DNA of 14,187 nucleotides from Candidatus Iainarchaeum sp. Lineage in GTDB: Archaea; Iainarchaeota; Iainarchaeia; Iainarchaeales; DTGL01. Position 1 is the stretch's first letter, and each line of letters opens with the position of its first letter. The translations under genes were made by a program, and so were the position numbers. The DNA lies in the NCBI GenBank assembly GCA_038736825.1, contig JAVYME010000028.1:1-14187 (forward strand), written 5' to 3'. Below are positions 13,501 to 14,187 of the stretch, one piece after another. Below the pieces are notes generated by a model. The model saw only the letters and a list, made by a program, of their open reading frames with translations. It made no database searches and was not told the origin of the DNA.

Positions 13501-14187
13501 ATGGCTCTGGCTGTGGAGTGCTTGCAACTTATTATTGTGTTGATTCTGACAATTCTTGCACTCCGTCTACAGTTGGTTCTTCTGTTAGTGTTTCTTGTGC
13601 TGAAAACTCTGTTTGTCAGAAATATGTGCGATATTATTCAGTTGACACTGCAGGCAATAGTGAAACAATAAAATCAGTGCTGATAAGGGTTGACAGGCAA
13701 CCTCCAATCACACAACATGATGCAAATACTGCTTGGCGGAATTTTAATCAAACTGTGCATTTTACCCTAAATGATGGTTCTGGTTGTGGCGGGAATGCAA
13801 TATATTATTGCATTGATGACTCAAATTCTTGCAATCCAAACATTTTGGACACTTCGGCAAATATCACGTGTGATGCCAATGCCGTATGCCAAAAATATTT
13901 GCGTTTTAAGGGAATTGACTGTGTTGGCAACCAAGAACAAGTAAGAGCAGTGCTAATAAGAATTGACAAGAATGCCCCCCTAACTTCAAGCAATGCTCCA
14001 ATAAATTGTGTTTCCTCAGACCAACAAATAGCCTTGACTCCGATTGATGGATCTGGCTCAGGAGTGCTTGCAACTTATTATTGTGTTGATTCTGACAATT
14101 CTTGCACTCCGTCTACAGTTGGTTCTTCTGTTAGTGTTTCTTGTGCTGAAAACTCTGTTTGTCAGAAATATGTGCGATATTATTCAG
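10485..14187 (+). CDS. Very large secreted Cys-rich surface/adhesin-like protein with tandem Ig-like (beta-sandwich) repeats; 3' partial (runs off window)
   Basis: Absent from the ORF track because there is no stop in the window. I translated the frame by hand from the ATG at 10485 to 14186 and found no stop (~1234 codons). It begins MKQQNRQHPSRILLFIALALLAPFYSFA|QTCTGG... (signal peptide). Repeats carry the generic ...IDK-x-AP-TTT ... W ... TL ... DGSG ... YYC ... VRYYS-x-D-x-AGN-x-E ... IRIDK pattern typical of bacterial/archaeal Ig-like cell-surface domains. All minus-strand track ORFs in this region are antisense shadows. Confidence 0.85.
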   Translation, partial: MKQQNRQHPSRILLFIALALLAPFYSFAQTCTGGLSGSNLQNCTGTDYSPCHKCDVNDMQFEIRAPDGVTTSGWQTMTYSTGSGTCSAGCADETWTKSYGYTFCPQEGTYSARIKAGAQNSSSYGWETSDWNTSFYTVNWDSSQGWCTCKTGSSANWFATVSGGSNGQCCGDDGANDNFYYHSAEPSTATSLDCTRCLNGTKYGPITLYGNGYLSGSGTSRTCYYGDINCTAGSAESGTSTIVYGYGHWSGSSPITDTSGVCYYGTPSCGDGYYSHGSFGTYYGNGYTNGNPTTDTSSLCYYGDISCSNGFASNGASTTVYGNGFVSGTTCYYGNWVCANDTASNGASCTLACGGLGTSCCPTQNIFRNTITCSESGCGYSDHDRDSGESYCISNAGGCMAFVWDSLGNKCCGDDGAGDNFCTLGGGSCINGSWNANHCFDGIKNCDETAVDCGGSDCSACVSDNNPPTTTHDANQEWQTTNQTITLMCSDGSEVGSTGCAHTYYCIDDSNTCNPTIEGTTIQVSCIVGDVNRVFVRFYSIDNANNAEQVKSVFIRIDKQNPVTTAIAPTDWQDANTAITLSCSDGAGAGCFAVYFRVDSNPSKNVSFGSWTSYEAPIIFSSDGNYLIEFYSKDNVFNTETTNVALVLIDKRFASLGNESLYSSYTDYNGVIVVPITVDGNYRIDYNSTDIIGNIEQIRTGWAALDKTPPSTTNDLNTAWQRQNFSITLSCSDATSGCALTRYRIDLDDSENISMGAWQNYSSPINISSDGNWAIDYNSMDVAGMRESIRTIYALLDKTAPIVSHDANTAWVNEDQVVHLTSVDTTSGINATYYCVSDANNCIPSTSGNMVNVTCTANSICHNYVRYYAIDNAGNQSNVSATSVIRIDKENPLTTTDANTLCQKTDQNIVISSSDGSGSGIAGTYYCVDDSNSCTPSTSGTIVTVSCATGSTCQKFVRYRSQDIAGNTESIRSILLTIDKQAPTTTDDANSQWQSANQSITLTPTDGSGCGVLATYYCVDSDNSCTPSTVGSSVSVSCAENSVCQKYVRYYSVDTAGNSETIKSVLIRVDRQPPITQHDANTAWRNFNQTVHFTLNDGSGCGGNAIYYCIDDSNSCNPNILDTSANITCDANAVCQKYLRFKGIDCVGNQEQVRAVLIRIDKNAPLTSSNAPINCVSSDQQIALTPIDGSGSGVLATYYCVDSDNSCTPSTVGSSVSVSCAENSVCQKYVRYYS
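11151..11500 (+). repeat. Four degenerate ~31-39-aa coding repeats, each starting C-Y-Y-G-x3-C
   Basis: In-frame TG[TC]-TAT-TAT-GG[AGC] at 11151, 11268, 11382 and 11475 (CYYGDINC, CYYGTPSC, CYYGDISC, CYYGNWVC), separated by Gly/Ser/Thr/Tyr-rich linkers containing (V/Y)YGNG(Y/F). Confidence 0.7.
13515..13641 (+). repeat. 127-bp perfect direct repeat, copy 1
   Basis: ggagtgcttgcaacttattattgtgttgattctgacaattcttgcactccgtctacagttggttcttctgttagtgtttcttgtgctgaaaactctgtttgtcagaaatatgtgcgatattattcag is identical to 14061..14187 (offset 546 bp = 2 repeat units). Confidence 0.9.
14061..14187 (+). repeat. 127-bp perfect direct repeat, copy 2 (truncated by the window end)
   Basis: Base-for-base identical to 13515..13641. 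The identity begins after a t/a mismatch at 13514/14060 and is still running at the last base of the window. Confidence 0.9.

Larger units (their letters stand above)
11881..14187 (+). repeat. Tandem array of at least 8 Ig-like domain repeats; the last four-plus units have an exact 273-bp (91-aa) register
   Basis: Unit boundaries (xDANxxW... to ...IRIDKxxP) fall at about 11881, 12165, 12610, 12898, 13171, 13444, 13717 and 13990. There are two unit classes: a 'SCSD-x5-8-GC' two-Cys type (12165, 12610) and a four-Cys type YYC-x5-C-x12-C-x5-C-[QH][KN][YF][VL]R[YF]. Confidence 0.8.

Noticed and set aside
10602-13993. Nine minus-strand track ORFs plus one plus-strand ORF (10602..10802, 10819..11106, 10968..11228, 11275..11598 (+), 11463..11798, 11524..11928, 11654..11908, 11961..12164, 12703..13002, 13805..13993)
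   Set aside because: All lie inside the uninterrupted ~1234-codon plus-strand frame starting at 10485, which has a signal peptide and clear domain repeats. Their translations are low-complexity, Cys/His/Thr-rich shadows of that repetitive gene.
11881-14187. Regular 273-bp periodic repeats as a possible CRISPR or satellite array
   Set aside because: The period is far too long and the repeats are diverged. The whole region is one open reading frame encoding protein-domain repeats, with no short repeat/spacer alternation.
1-14187. Mobile-element, prophage or defence-island signatures (integrase, transposase, inverted repeats, tRNA targets)
   Set aside because: No such ORFs or terminal repeats were recognisable. 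The only long exact repeat is the intragenic one in the surface protein.

Overview
AT-rich, tightly packed window with Lys/Phe/Asn-rich proteins, frequent oligo-T tracts and TATA-like intergenic boxes. This fits a small-genome uncultivated archaeon (DPANN-like) or a CPR bacterium; I cannot decide which from sequence alone. No rRNA, tRNA, CRISPR array or mobile element was seen. Three blocks are present. (1) 1..5774, minus strand: a peptide-modification operon with FOUR radical SAM enzymes. These are one 5'-partial gene at the left edge (missing from the ORF track), one 612-aa rSAM/SPASM enzyme, and two abutting ~290-aa paralogues. They surround a 119-aa peptide whose C-terminal half is 11 consecutive in-register His-Xaa-Ser/Ala triplets followed by a Cys-x3-Cys-x4-Cys tail. 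Two membrane-anchored Cys-containing proteins flank the block. This resembles an expanded, divergent version of the comparative-genomics-defined His-Xaa-Ser (HxsABCD) system and is my main candidate for the novel system. (2) 5793..10362: three paralogues of an uncharacterised G[YF]PECC...H-x-PC-x3-C family, one of them a pseudogene with an in-frame TAA plus a homopolymer frameshift. Interleaved with them are two small HxsD-like proteins and an APH/choline-kinase-fold phosphotransferase. (3) 10485..>14187, plus strand, also missing from the ORF track because it runs off the window: a giant secreted Cys-rich protein rich in N-x-S/T sequons. It has CCGDD and CYYG modules and a tandem array of ~91-aa (273-bp) Ig-like repeats, and it ends in a 127-bp perfect intragenic repeat at the window edge.
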